A stretch of DNA of 64,000 nucleotides from Planctomycetota bacterium (GCA_016794425.1 JAEUHR010000025.1:155041-219040); one strand, 5' to 3'; shown: positions 25,468 to 34,884, counted from the first letter of the stretch. The notes: generated by a model from the sequence alone, not told the origin. A program made the numbers and translations.

Positions 25468-27078
25468 GTGAGAAGCCTAGACATCTCCCTAGCGGAGCGT
25501 TCGTCGCGTACGGCGGCCGAATGGCTGTGGCCCCTGCTGCCGATCGGGGTCTCGGTCTTCAGTCTGTCGGCGCTGATCTACTACCACGTCAAGCTCGAGG
25601 TCGTGGAGGTGCGCTCGGCGCTGCAAGTGGTCATCGCCGGCATCTACCAGGCGGTCGGCCTGGCGCCGGCCGTGATGTTCTTCCTGCTGACGTTGACCTG
25701 GAGTTCGATCTGGTTCGTCACCGGCAAGCTCGATCGGCCGGTGCTGCGCATCGGTCGCCTGCTGGCGATGACCGTGATGCTCGGCGTGTTCCTGAACCTC
25801 GGCGACGGTGGGGTCGCGGCTGCGTCGCACAAGGGCGAACTCGGCGCCTGGCTCGCCGGGTGCCTGGTCGCCGCGTTCGGCTACCTGCCGAGTCTCGTGC
25901 TGGTCTGGGCCGTGACGTTCGCATCGCTGCTGCTGGCGACGGACTTCTTCTTCAGCGACAGCTTCGAACGGCTGCGCCATCGGCCGTCGGCCGAGAGCGG
26001 CGTCGAACCGGCCGTGACCGAACATCTGCGCGGCCTCGGCGCGCTGTCCCAGGCCGCGCCGACAGCGCCGATGGCGCCGCCGGTCGAGCTCGGTCCGCTC
26101 GAAGAACTGGCGCCGCTGCCGCCGCTGGTGGTCGAGCCGCAGGTGGCTGCGGCCGCTGCCACCGCGCCGACCGCGGCTGCCGAGGCCGACGAAGCCGACG
26201 AAGCGGCCTACGAGCCGCGCCGCCGCCGTTCCTACTTCGAGCGCCGCCGCGACGAGGAGGCTGCGCCGGAGCCGATGCCGGCCGCGGACCTGGATCGGCC
26301 CAGCGACGACGATCTGGGCGTCGCGCGGACCGCCGAATGGGGGCCGGTCGACGTCGCGACGGAAGTGGCGGCGCTGTCGCTGCCCGCGACGCCGGGGTTC
26401 GACCGCGCCGACACCGAGGAAGGAATCGCCGCCGAGGAGCTCGAGCGTGCGATCGCAGCCGACCGCACCGCCGAGTTGCCCGAGCCGACGTTCGTGCCGC
26501 TCGACGTGGACACCGAGCCTCTGCCAGCCGACCGCTGGCGCGACACCGGTGCGTCGGCCGCCGTGCCGTCGTTCGGCGACAACCCCGCGGCCGCGGCGAT
26601 GGGTGCCCCCGAAGCCGACGACCTCGACGACACCGACGACCTCGACGAACGCGACGGGACCCAACCGACGGAGCTCGCCGCCGCCGAACCTGCCGAAGCC
26701 GCCGAAGCCGCCGAAGACGACGACGCTGAAGACGACGACGCGGACGCAGCCGACGCGCCGGTCGACGACGAGGTGGCAGCAGAGGACACCGACGAGCCGG
26801 CGGCGCCGGAGGCCGTGGTGGCGATCCCGCGGCCCGATCCGGCGGTGCGCGAGCGCGCGCCGGCGCGCCAGCAGCAGCTGTTCGCCAACGAGGTCGACGA
26901 CGACCTGGTGCAGGAAGCGATGGACGTGCTGGACGGCCAGAGCCGCGCCACGGCGTCGCTGCTGCAGCGCCGGCTGCGCATCGACTACGACCAGGCCGTG
27001 GCGCTGATGGCACAGCTCGGCGCGCGTGGGCTGGTCGAACTCGAGGCCGATGCGACGCAGGGTCGCGTGATCGTCTGA
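25468..27078 (+). CDS. FtsK paralog without a motor: FtsK-like 4-TM domain, acidic linker, FtsK-gamma winged helix
   Basis: GTG 25468 is preceded by GGGAGGGG (25452-59); ATG 25423 is also possible. The N-terminal membrane part parallels FtsK: compare GELGAWLAGCLVAAFGYLPSLVLVWAVTFASLLLATDFFF with GGVFGAFVSPRLESAFGGTGRLLLVWFGALVSLLLATEWMF. The C-terminus SRATASLLQRRLRIDYDQAVALMAQLGARGLVE is gamma-like. There is no Walker A/B anywhere. Confidence 0.75.
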   Translation: MRSLDISLAERSSRTAAEWLWPLLPIGVSVFSLSALIYYHVKLEVVEVRSALQVVIAGIYQAVGLAPAVMFFLLTLTWSSIWFVTGKLDRPVLRIGRLLAMTVMLGVFLNLGDGGVAAASHKGELGAWLAGCLVAAFGYLPSLVLVWAVTFASLLLATDFFFSDSFERLRHRPSAESGVEPAVTEHLRGLGALSQAAPTAPMAPPVELGPLEELAPLPPLVVEPQVAAAAATAPTAAAEADEADEAAYEPRRRRSYFERRRDEEAAPEPMPAADLDRPSDDDLGVARTAEWGPVDVATEVAALSLPATPGFDRADTEEGIAAEELERAIAADRTAELPEPTFVPLDVDTEPLPADRWRDTGASAAVPSFGDNPAAAAMGAPEADDLDDTDDLDERDGTQPTELAAAEPAEAAEAAEDDDAEDDDADAADAPVDDEVAAEDTDEPAAPEAVVAIPRPDPAVRERAPARQQQLFANEVDDDLVQEAMDVLDGQSRATASLLQRRLRIDYDQAVALMAQLGARGLVELEADATQGRVIV

Positions 27079-27118
27079 GCGCCCGCGGGGCCGCCTCTGG
27101 CGCGGGCTGGCGGCGGCA

Positions 27119-27159
27119 CATCCACACGACGTCCACGGCTTCCCACACGCACTCCACAT
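27119..27159 (+). promoter_or_regulatory. Array of four phased TCCAC(A) boxes (DnaA-box-like cores) upstream of dnaB
   Basis: aTCCACAc (27121), gTCCACgg (27132), tCCCACAc (27142) and cTCCACAt (27153) all face the same way with 10-11 bp spacing. A fifth tTCCACg lies at 27208-13, next to the start codon. Confidence 0.35.
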
Positions 27160-27214
27160 GGCGCCGTCTTGCGCCGTCCGGCGGCGCCGCTAAGGGAGGT
27201 CGCGCGGTTCCACG

Positions 27215-28564
27215 ATGGTCGACTTCAAGCAATCGTTCGAGGGGCGGGGCGTGCCGCAGAGCCTCGAGGCCGAGCGGTCCGTGCTCGGCGCGCTGCTGCT
27301 GCACCCCGATGCGGTCGCCGACGTGACGTTCCTGCGCGCCGACGACTTCTACCTGCCGCGCCACCAGCTGATCTTCGAGTCGATCCTGACCGCGTTCAAC
27401 GATCGCCACGCGACCGACCCGATCGTCGTCGGCGAACAGCTGTCCCGCAGCGGGCGGCTGCAGGAGGTCGGTGGCCACGAGCAGCTGCTCGACCTGATGG
27501 AGAGCGTGGTCACCGCGGCCGGCATCGTGCACCACGCCGAGATCGTGCGCGAGAAGGCGATCCAGCGCCGCCTGCTCGAGACCTGCCTCGACGTCGCGCG
27601 CCGCGCCTACGACAACGAACTCGAGGCCAAGGAGCTGCTCGACGAAGCGGAGCGGCAGATCTTCGAGATCTCGCGGCTCGACAAGTCCGGCGAGGCGGTC
27701 AGCATCGCCAGCGTGCTGCAGCAGACCTTCGAGCGCATCGACCGGCTGCGCGAGCGCGAGGGGCGCCTGACCGGCCTCGGCACCGACTACTACGACCTCG
27801 ACGACATGACCGGCGGTCTGCAGCCGGGCGAGCTGATCATCGTCGCGGCGCGTCCGTCGATGGGCAAGACGAGCTTCGCGCTGAACCTGACCGAACGCGT
27901 CGCCAGCCACAACGCCGCGGTGGCGTTCTTCTCGCTCGAAATGTCGAACCAGCAGGTCATCCAGAACATGCTCTGCTGCCGCGCCCAGATCGACGGCCAG
28001 GCGATGCGCAAGGGCCGCGTCACCGACCAGCAGTACAAGCGCCTGCAGGACGAGGCGGCGCGGCTCTACGAGACGCCGATCTACGTCGACGACACGCCGG
28101 GTATCACGATCACGCAGCTGCGCGCGAAGTGCCGGCGCCTGAAGCAGAAGCACGGCATCCAGATGGTCGTGGTCGACTACCTGCAGCTGATGTCGGCCGG
28201 CGGCCGCGTCGAGAGCCGCCAGCAGGAGATCTCGACGATCTCGCGCGGCCTCAAGGGCATCGCCCGCGAGCTGTCGGTGCCGGTGATCGCACTGTCGCAG
28301 TTGAATCGCGACGTCGAGAACCGCGATGATCACCGCCCGCGGATGAGCGACCTGCGCGAGTCGGGTGCCATCGAGCAGGACGCCGACGTCATCGTGCTGC
28401 TGCACCGCGACGAGTACTACAAGCCGACCGAACAGAACGCGGGCCTGGCCCAGATCATCATCGCCAAACAACGCAACGGCCCGACCGGCGAGGTGGTCCT
28501 GCGTTTCTTCCGCGAGTACATGCGATTTGAGAACTTCACGCGCAGGGCCGAGCCGATGCAGTGA
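27215..28564 (+). CDS. dnaB: Replicative DNA helicase DnaB
   Basis: PQSLEAERSVLGALLL, Walker A AARPSMGKTSFALN, FSLEMS, VVVDYLQLM, ALSQLNR and IIIAKQRNGPTG match the family over the full length. Confidence 0.95.
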   Translation: MVDFKQSFEGRGVPQSLEAERSVLGALLLHPDAVADVTFLRADDFYLPRHQLIFESILTAFNDRHATDPIVVGEQLSRSGRLQEVGGHEQLLDLMESVVTAAGIVHHAEIVREKAIQRRLLETCLDVARRAYDNELEAKELLDEAERQIFEISRLDKSGEAVSIASVLQQTFERIDRLREREGRLTGLGTDYYDLDDMTGGLQPGELIIVAARPSMGKTSFALNLTERVASHNAAVAFFSLEMSNQQVIQNMLCCRAQIDGQAMRKGRVTDQQYKRLQDEAARLYETPIYVDDTPGITITQLRAKCRRLKQKHGIQMVVVDYLQLMSAGGRVESRQQEISTISRGLKGIARELSVPVIALSQLNRDVENRDDHRPRMSDLRESGAIEQDADVIVLLHRDEYYKPTEQNAGLAQIIIAKQRNGPTGEVVLRFFREYMRFENFTRRAEPMQ

Positions 28565-28577
28565 GCGCCGCCGCGGC

Positions 28578-31253
28578 GTGGCCCTCGCGCTCGCCGCCGG
28601 GCTGGGACTGTTCGCCGCCGTGCCGGCGCAGGAACCCGTCCCGGCGCCGCAGGAACCGCGTCCGCCCGAACCGGCGCCGCAGCCGCCGCCGGTGCGCGTC
28701 GAGGCGCCGCAGGGCCCCGACGTGTTCGTCACCGAGCAGGTGCGTGCGCTGCAGAAGCGGCCGGTGCGCGAGATCCAGTTCCAGCGCCGTGCCGACGACG
28801 GGCCGTTGCAGCCGCTCGACGCGGCGTCGGCGGAGTCGTTCACGCGCAGCCTGCTGACCCGCGTCGGGCAGGAGTTCGAGCAGCGCAAGGTCTCGACCGA
28901 CTGCGTCAACCTGTGGAACGAGCGGCGCATGGTCGTGACCGCCTACGCGATCCCGGTCGACGCCGAGGTCGTGGTGCGGTTCGTCGTCGAGCGTGAGGTC
29001 GAGGTCTACGAGGGCGTCGAGTTCGTCGGCATGAAGAGTCTCGACCGCGCCACGGTCGACGGCCTGCTCGGACTGTCGGCCGACCGGCAGGTGACGCGCA
29101 CCGAAGCCGAGGCGATGCGCAAGGTGCTGCTGTCGCGCTACCGCCGCGACGGCTACGCGTTCTGCAGCATCGACCTCGAGGAACGGCCGGTCGCCGACGG
29201 CGAGCCGATCGACGACCCGAGCGCGCCCGGCGGTCCGCCGCGCGCGCGCGACGTCGCCCGGTTCGTGGTCGACGAAGGGCCGCAGGTGACCGTCGCGGCG
29301 GTGCGGTTCGTCGGCAACGTGTCGTTCGCGGGGGCGCCGCACTTCAACCTGTTCGGCTCCGACAGCTACCTGCTGCGCGACTCGCACATCCTCAGCGACC
29401 CGGCCAGCTTCCTCAGCGGCGGCGCCGCCTACAGCCGCGAGATCCTCGAGGAGGACGTCGACCGGCTGCGCCTGTTCTACCGCAGCCGCGGCTTCCTCGA
29501 CGCCAGCGTCGACATCGCCGACGTTCGCTTCGCCGCCGATCGCGAGTCGGTCGAGATCACGATCGTCGTCGTCGAAGGGCCGCGCTACACGATCGAGGAG
29601 GTCCGCGTCGAACACATCGACGCGAGCGGTCGCGTCCTGACCGAGCCGCCGCGGTACTCCGAGGCCGAGATCCTGGGCGAGTGCAAGGTCGCGCCCGGCG
29701 ACTTCTACGACCACGACCGCCTGCAGCGCGACTGGCAGGCGATCCAGGACTTCTACGGCCGCCGCGGCCACCCGCCGCGCAGCTTCCGCGGCATGGCCGA
29801 CGTGCCGGATGCGTGCACGGTGCTGCCGCCGCGCGAGGTCTACGGCCTCGAACCGAAGGTGCGCATCGTGTTCCAGGTGTTCGAGGGCAAGCCCAAGCGC
29901 CTGCGCGACGTCGTGATCCGCGGCAACCGCTTCACGCGCGACAAGGTGATCCGGCGCCGCGTGCGCGTGCTGCCCGGCGACGTGATCGACATGCAGGAGG
30001 TGAAGCGGGCGCTGCGCAACATCGAGCAGACGCGGTTCTTCCAGGACCCGGTGACGATGCGGACGCCCGAGCTGCGCCTCGAACCGGTTGCTGGCGCCGA
30101 CGACTACCTCGACATCGGCATCGACGTCGAGGACGGCGCCACCGGCGAGCTGCGCTGGGGCATCATGATCGCGCCCGGCACCGGCACGACCGCCTACATC
30201 AGCTACAACAAGCGCAACTTCGACCTCTGGAACCCGCCGAGCAGCGCCAACCCGGCGACCGCGATCGAGGAGATCCTCGACAACCGCGCGTTCCACGGCG
30301 GCGGCCAGAACCTGAACCTGCTGCTCGCGCCGGGCAGCCGCCAGAGCCAGTTCCGCCTGACGTTCGTCGAGCCGGACCTGTTCGTGCAGCACTTCGACAC
30401 GTTCGAGCTGCGTTGGTCGGGCCAGCGGCTGATCCGCCGGCTGCCGGACGGCTACACGTCCGACACGCTCGGCACCGAGATCGGCATCTCGCGCAACTTC
30501 ACCGACAACTTCAACGCCGGCGTGTTCCTGCGCCACGACTCGGTCGAGATCGACGACCTGGCGCCGAACGCGTCGTCGCTGGCGTTCGACGCCGAAGGCC
30601 AGACCGAACTGCGCAGCGGCCGCCTGTCGACGCGCTACCGCGACGTCGACGATCCGTTCCGGCCGACCTCGGGCTTCGAGTTGAGCCTGTCGGCCGAGAT
30701 GGTCGGCGGCTTCCTCGGCGGCGAGGAGAGCCTGAGCAAGATCGAGCACAATGCGCACGTCTACGTGCCGCTGGCCGAGAACGAGATGGGGCACCGCACG
30801 GTGCTGCACCTCGAGCACCGCTTCGGCTGGGCGCAGGCGTTCGGCGGCAGCGACGACGTGTTCCTGACCGAGCGCTTCTACATGGGCGGCTTCAACCTGC
30901 GCGGCCTCGACTACCGGCGCGCCGGCCCGAGCCAGTTCGGCCGGCCGATCGGCGGTGAAGCGCTCTACACCGGCAGCGTCGAAGTGTTCTTCCCGCTGGT
31001 CGCGACGCGCAGCGAAGGCGAGGTCCGCGACCGCGAACTGCTGCGCGGCGTCGTGTTCACGGACTTCGGCCTGCTCGGCCTGTCGATCGACGATCCGACG
31101 TTCGGCGAACTGCGCGCCAGTTCGGGCTTCGGGCTGCGCATCGAGCTGCCGGTGCCCGGCATGGAGCTGCCGATCGCGCTCGACTTCGGCTGGCCGTGGC
31201 AGTTCGAGGAGAGCGACAGCCGGCGCTACTTCTACTGGACGTTCGGGCGATGA
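28578..31253 (+). CDS. bamA: Outer-membrane protein assembly factor BamA (POTRA repeats plus Omp85 barrel)
   Basis: Signal VALALAAGLGLFAAVPAQEP. POTRA-like repeats (IREIQFQ..., VYEGVEFVGMKSL..., VTVAAVRFVGNVSF..., RLRDVVIRGNRFTRDKVIRR). C-terminal barrel (ERFYMGGFNLRGLDYR, FTDFGLLG, SSGFGLRIELPV). The start is GTG 28578; an alternative TTG 28527 would add a basic n-region. Confidence 0.88.
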   Translation: MALALAAGLGLFAAVPAQEPVPAPQEPRPPEPAPQPPPVRVEAPQGPDVFVTEQVRALQKRPVREIQFQRRADDGPLQPLDAASAESFTRSLLTRVGQEFEQRKVSTDCVNLWNERRMVVTAYAIPVDAEVVVRFVVEREVEVYEGVEFVGMKSLDRATVDGLLGLSADRQVTRTEAEAMRKVLLSRYRRDGYAFCSIDLEERPVADGEPIDDPSAPGGPPRARDVARFVVDEGPQVTVAAVRFVGNVSFAGAPHFNLFGSDSYLLRDSHILSDPASFLSGGAAYSREILEEDVDRLRLFYRSRGFLDASVDIADVRFAADRESVEITIVVVEGPRYTIEEVRVEHIDASGRVLTEPPRYSEAEILGECKVAPGDFYDHDRLQRDWQAIQDFYGRRGHPPRSFRGMADVPDACTVLPPREVYGLEPKVRIVFQVFEGKPKRLRDVVIRGNRFTRDKVIRRRVRVLPGDVIDMQEVKRALRNIEQTRFFQDPVTMRTPELRLEPVAGADDYLDIGIDVEDGATGELRWGIMIAPGTGTTAYISYNKRNFDLWNPPSSANPATAIEEILDNRAFHGGGQNLNLLLAPGSRQSQFRLTFVEPDLFVQHFDTFELRWSGQRLIRRLPDGYTSDTLGTEIGISRNFTDNFNAGVFLRHDSVEIDDLAPNASSLAFDAEGQTELRSGRLSTRYRDVDDPFRPTSGFELSLSAEMVGGFLGGEESLSKIEHNAHVYVPLAENEMGHRTVLHLEHRFGWAQAFGGSDDVFLTERFYMGGFNLRGLDYRRAGPSQFGRPIGGEALYTGSVEVFFPLVATRSEGEVRDRELLRGVVFTDFGLLGLSIDDPTFGELRASSGFGLRIELPVPGMELPIALDFGWPWQFEESDSRRYFYWTFGR

Positions 31254-31804
31254 GCGCGCGGCCGCCGTTCACGCGGTTGTCGCGCGAGGTGCTGGTCGAC
31301 AATCCGTGGCACCGCTACTGCCGCGATCGCTACGTGCAGGCCGACGGCAGCGAGGGCGTCTACCACTACATCGACATGGCCGGCAGCTGCGCCGCGATCC
31401 CGGTGTTCGCGGACGGCAGCACGGTGCTGGTGCGCGTGCACCGCTACCTGCTCGGCCGCGACCTGTGGGAGTTCCCGATCGGCGGCATGAAGCCCGGCGA
31501 GCAGCCGCTGGCAATCGCGCAGAAGGAACTGCACGAGGAGGCCGGCCTGCTCGCCGACCAGTGGACGCCGCTCGGCCACTTCGCGCCGTACAAGGGCGCG
31601 TCGAACGAGATCTGCTGGTTCTGGCTCGCGCGCGGCCTGCGCGAGGATCGGCAGGAACTCGAACCCAGCGAGCGCATCACGGTGCACCGGTTGCCGTTCG
31701 CCGAGGCGCGCACGCGGCTCGTCGATCAGGAGTGCGGCGACGGCCAGTCGCTGGCCGGGCTCGCGCTGCTGGACCGCTGGCTGGCGCGAGGCAACACGCT
31801 GTGA
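31250..31804 (+). CDS. NUDIX hydrolase (ADP-ribose pyrophosphatase-like)
   Basis: The ATG at 31250 overlaps the bamA stop (ATGA). Nudix box GGMKPGEQPLAIAQKELHEEAGL. Confidence 0.85.
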   Translation: MSARPPFTRLSREVLVDNPWHRYCRDRYVQADGSEGVYHYIDMAGSCAAIPVFADGSTVLVRVHRYLLGRDLWEFPIGGMKPGEQPLAIAQKELHEEAGLLADQWTPLGHFAPYKGASNEICWFWLARGLREDRQELEPSERITVHRLPFAEARTRLVDQECGDGQSLAGLALLDRWLARGNTL

Positions 31805-32403
31805 GCGCCGCGCGGGCGTTCCGCGTCACGGTCTACGCATCGTCGAGCGACCGCATCGACCCCGCGTTCGTCGCGATCGCCGAAGACCTCGGCCGCCGCA
31901 TCGCCGAACGTGGCTGGGACCTGGTCTGGGGCGGCGGGCGGCACGGCCTGATGGGCGCGGTGTCGCGCGGCGCGCGCGCTGCCGGCGGCCGCACGATCGG
32001 CGTGATCCTGCAGGCGTTCGTCGACAAGAACGTGCACTGCACCGACGCACACGAGATGGCGTCGGTCACCGACATGCGGCTGCGCAAGCGCGGGCTCGAC
32101 GAGTCCGGCGACGCGTTCGTCGCCTTGCCGGGCGGCCTCGGCACGATGGAGGAACTGCTGGAGGTGCTGTCGTTCCGGCAGCTCGGCCTGCACCGGAAGC
32201 CGATCGTCGTGCTCGACGCGCTCGGCTACTGGCAGCCGCTGCTGGCGATGCTCGAACACGGCTTCCGGCACGGGTTCATCCAGCCGCACTTCCGCGGCCT
32301 GTGGTCGGTCGCGCGCGACCCGGCGCAGGCGATCGAGCAGATCGCCGCACCAGTGCGCGCGGCGGCCGCACCGCACGACCCGCGCGGCGGCGGCACCGCG
32401 TGA
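31801..32403 (+). CDS. LOG-family protein (TIGR00730; nucleotide 5'-monophosphate nucleosidase-like)
   Basis: The GTG at 31801 overlaps the Nudix stop. VTVYASSS...VWGGGRHGLMGAVSRGA...FVALPGGLGTMEELLEVLS has the PGGxGTxEE signature. Confidence 0.85.
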   Translation: MSAARAFRVTVYASSSDRIDPAFVAIAEDLGRRIAERGWDLVWGGGRHGLMGAVSRGARAAGGRTIGVILQAFVDKNVHCTDAHEMASVTDMRLRKRGLDESGDAFVALPGGLGTMEELLEVLSFRQLGLHRKPIVVLDALGYWQPLLAMLEHGFRHGFIQPHFRGLWSVARDPAQAIEQIAAPVRAAAAPHDPRGGGTA

Positions 32404-33166
32404 ACTTCGCTGCCGACCTCGAGCTCGCCGCGGCGGGATTGCGGGTCGCGGCCGCGATCCTGCGCGCGCACGCCGGCCGCGCCGGCGGCGTGCCCTACGA
32501 ACTGAAGGACGGCAGCAGCCCGGTGACCGCGGCGGACCGCGAAGTCGACGCGGCGCTGCGCGCGCTGCTGCCTCGCGGCGACGACGGCTGGTTGTCGGAG
32601 GAGAGCGACGACGATCCGCGGCGGCTCGGCTGTCGGCGCGTCTGGATCGTCGACCCGCTCGACGGCACGCGCTCGTTCGTCGCCGGGCGGCCGGAGTACG
32701 CGACGTGATCGCGTTGGTCGTCGACGGCGAACCGGTGCTCGGCGCGATCGGCAATCCGGCGACCGGGTTGTGCGTGTGCGGCGCGGTCGGCCACGGTGTG
32801 CAGGTCGACGGGGATCCGGGGCTCGGGTGGCAGCACGCCGGCGACCGGCTGCGGCTGCTGGTCAGCCGCAGTGAGTGGCAGCGCGGCGAGTGGCGGCACG
32901 CGGCGGCGGCCGGCTGTGAAGCGCTGCCGATGGGTTCGGTCGCCTACAAGCTGGCGCTGGTGGCCGCCGGCGGCGCCGACGCGACGTGGACGCGCCATCC
33001 GAAGCACGAGTGGGACGTCGCGGCCGGGGCCGCGCTGGTGCGGGCGGCCGGCGGCGAAGTCTGGCTGCCGCACGGCGGAGCGCTGCACTGGAACGCCGCG
33101 CGGCCACGGTTGCCGAGCTTCGCGGCGGCGCGCGCCGGCGTGCGACCGCGCCTCGCGGCGCTGTGA
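32400..33166 (+). pseudogene. cysQ: CysQ/inositol-monophosphatase-family gene split by a 1-nt frameshift at 32705-32708
   Basis: The N-half (32400..32708) has KDGSSPVTAADREVD and WIVDPLDGTRSFVAGRPEYAT-stop. The C-half (32705..33166) starts VIALVVDGEPVLGAIGNP and carries WDVAAGAALV. In intact family members the two halves are contiguous (...GEFTVNIALI...). The junction reads gcg-ac-GTGA-tc, which is one nt short of a continuous frame. It could also be two translationally coupled halves or a sequencing error. Confidence 0.7.
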
Positions 33167-33169
33167 GAC

Positions 33170-33577
33170 TCAGGCCTCGGCCATCGTGCGCTGGAAGATG
33201 TCGCTGGTACTCAACAGGCCGACCACGGCCGTGCCGTCGACGACCGGCATGCGGCGCACGCCGGCCATGCGCATCAGATTGATGCAGTCGAGCAGGTTCG
33301 TCGTCGCCGGCACGCAGATCGCCGGCCGCGTCATCACGTCGGCGACGCGCAGCTCCGACAGCACCGCGGGGTCCTGCGTGCCGAGCAGGTTGACGATGTC
33401 CTTGCTGGTGACGATGCCCGGCAGGTCGGTCGGGTCGGCGCCGGCGACCAGCAGTGCGCGGATGCCGTGCTGCACCATGCGGCGTGCGGCCGTCAGCAGG
33501 TTCTCGTGGGCGGTGGCCCACTGCGGCGCCTTGCTCATCACGTCCTTGGCGCGCAGACGATGCAGATCGACGGTCAT
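33170..33577 (-). CDS. CBS-domain pair protein
   Basis: 135 aa. It has two CBS repeats (AKDVMSKAPQWATAHENLLTAARRMVQHGIRALLV... and VADVMTRPAICVPATTNLLDCINLMRMAGVRRMPVVD). The ATG at 33577 overlaps the FapA-like stop (ATGA). Confidence 0.85.
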   Translation of the reverse strand: MTVDLHRLRAKDVMSKAPQWATAHENLLTAARRMVQHGIRALLVAGADPTDLPGIVTSKDIVNLLGTQDPAVLSELRVADVMTRPAICVPATTNLLDCINLMRMAGVRRMPVVDGTAVVGLLSTSDIFQRTMAEA

Positions 33578-34884
33578 GACAGGGACTCCTCTCGCATGCG
33601 GTCGTGCTCCGGATCCCACACGAAGCGGACCCGCGAGCGTGGTTCTTCGAGCTGGCGCGTGAACACGCCGAAGCGCAGCCGGACACCGGGCTGCGCGGTG
33701 CCGGCGATCTCGATGCTGGCGGCTTGCAGCAGCTCGCGCTGCAGCTGCGCCAGCCGCAGCTTCTCCTCGCGCGTCGCATCGGCCGTGCGCACGGCAGAGC
33801 GCAGCGCCTTCGCGCCGGCACGGCCGTGGTCGCGCCGGCTGCGCACGGCCTGGCGTTCGAGCCGTGCGCCCGAGGCGGCGCGGCGCGCGGCGTCGGTCTG
33901 TTCGGCGGTCAGGTCGGCGACCGCCAGCAGCGTCACGGCGCCGTCGACGACGCCGGCGTGCAGCAGCCGGATCGCGCGGCGCGCGCGCAGCTCGCCGCCG
34001 ACGACGGTACCGCGGCCGGTCCGCACGTGGACGTGTTCGCCGAGCACCGTGCAGCTGGTCGCGTGGTCGGTGATCTCGACCGTGCCCTCGGCGCACAGCC
34101 GCGCCGAGGTCGCGTGCCGGCAGTGGATCGAAGCGCCGGCGCGCACGATGCTGTCGCGGCCGACGATGCCCTGCGCCACACGCACCGAACCGCCGGCCGT
34201 GACCGTGCCGCCCTGCACGGTGCCGCCGACGACGATGTCGCCGGCCGCCGTCGCGGCGAGGCCCTCCCGCACGTCGCCGCGGATCTCCAGCGAACCCTCG
34301 GTGTGCAGATTGCCGCTGCGCAGGTCGACGTCGCCGGCGTGTGAATAGAGCGGCATCACGTCGAGCTGCCGCGCGTCGCGCAGCAGCACGCCGGCGCGCG
34401 CGGCGACGAGTCGATCGCCGTCCAGCGCCACGCCGGCACCGATGCGCACCGCGTGCGGCCGACCGGGCCGCGGCTCGAGCCGGCGCCCGCGCACGTCGAT
34501 GCCGACCGTGCCGGGCGTCGGCGCCACGACCACGCCGAGCGGCTGGCCCGCGGCGACCGGGTGCAGGCGTTGCCGTTCGTGCCAGTCGATGTGGCCGTCT
34601 TCGTGCTCGCGGCCGGGCCGGAAGCGCGTGTCGATCGCACAGTCGACGCGGCCGTCCTCGCCGGCAACGGCCGCGGTGCCGCGCGCCAGCACGGCGGTGC
34701 CGTCGTAGCCGGGATCGGCGAGCCGCTGCGCGAACGCTTCGACGGCGTCGTTGTCGATGCCGGCCTGCACGCCCGCGCGCTGCAGTTCGTCGCGCAGCTC
34801 CCGTACCGAGACGGCGAAGCCGGCGGCGGCGATCGCCTCGGCCGACGAACCGTCGCCGGCGATCTGGATGCGGATGCGGGTCAC
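33574..34884 (-). CDS. FapA-family protein (DUF342, flagellar-assembly-protein-A-like)
   Basis: GTG start at 34884. N-terminal regulatory-like domain. Central beta-helix repeats (GDVDLRSGNLHTEGSLEIRGDVREGLAATAAGDIVVGGTVQGGTVTAGGSVRVAQGIVG...). C-terminal coiled coil and ...GVRLRFG tail, as in DUF342 proteins. Confidence 0.7.
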   Translation of the reverse strand: MTRIRIQIAGDGSSAEAIAAAGFAVSVRELRDELQRAGVQAGIDNDAVEAFAQRLADPGYDGTAVLARGTAAVAGEDGRVDCAIDTRFRPGREHEDGHIDWHERQRLHPVAAGQPLGVVVAPTPGTVGIDVRGRRLEPRPGRPHAVRIGAGVALDGDRLVAARAGVLLRDARQLDVMPLYSHAGDVDLRSGNLHTEGSLEIRGDVREGLAATAAGDIVVGGTVQGGTVTAGGSVRVAQGIVGRDSIVRAGASIHCRHATSARLCAEGTVEITDHATSCTVLGEHVHVRTGRGTVVGGELRARRAIRLLHAGVVDGAVTLLAVADLTAEQTDAARRAASGARLERQAVRSRRDHGRAGAKALRSAVRTADATREEKLRLAQLQRELLQAASIEIAGTAQPGVRLRFGVFTRQLEEPRSRVRFVWDPEHDRMREESLS

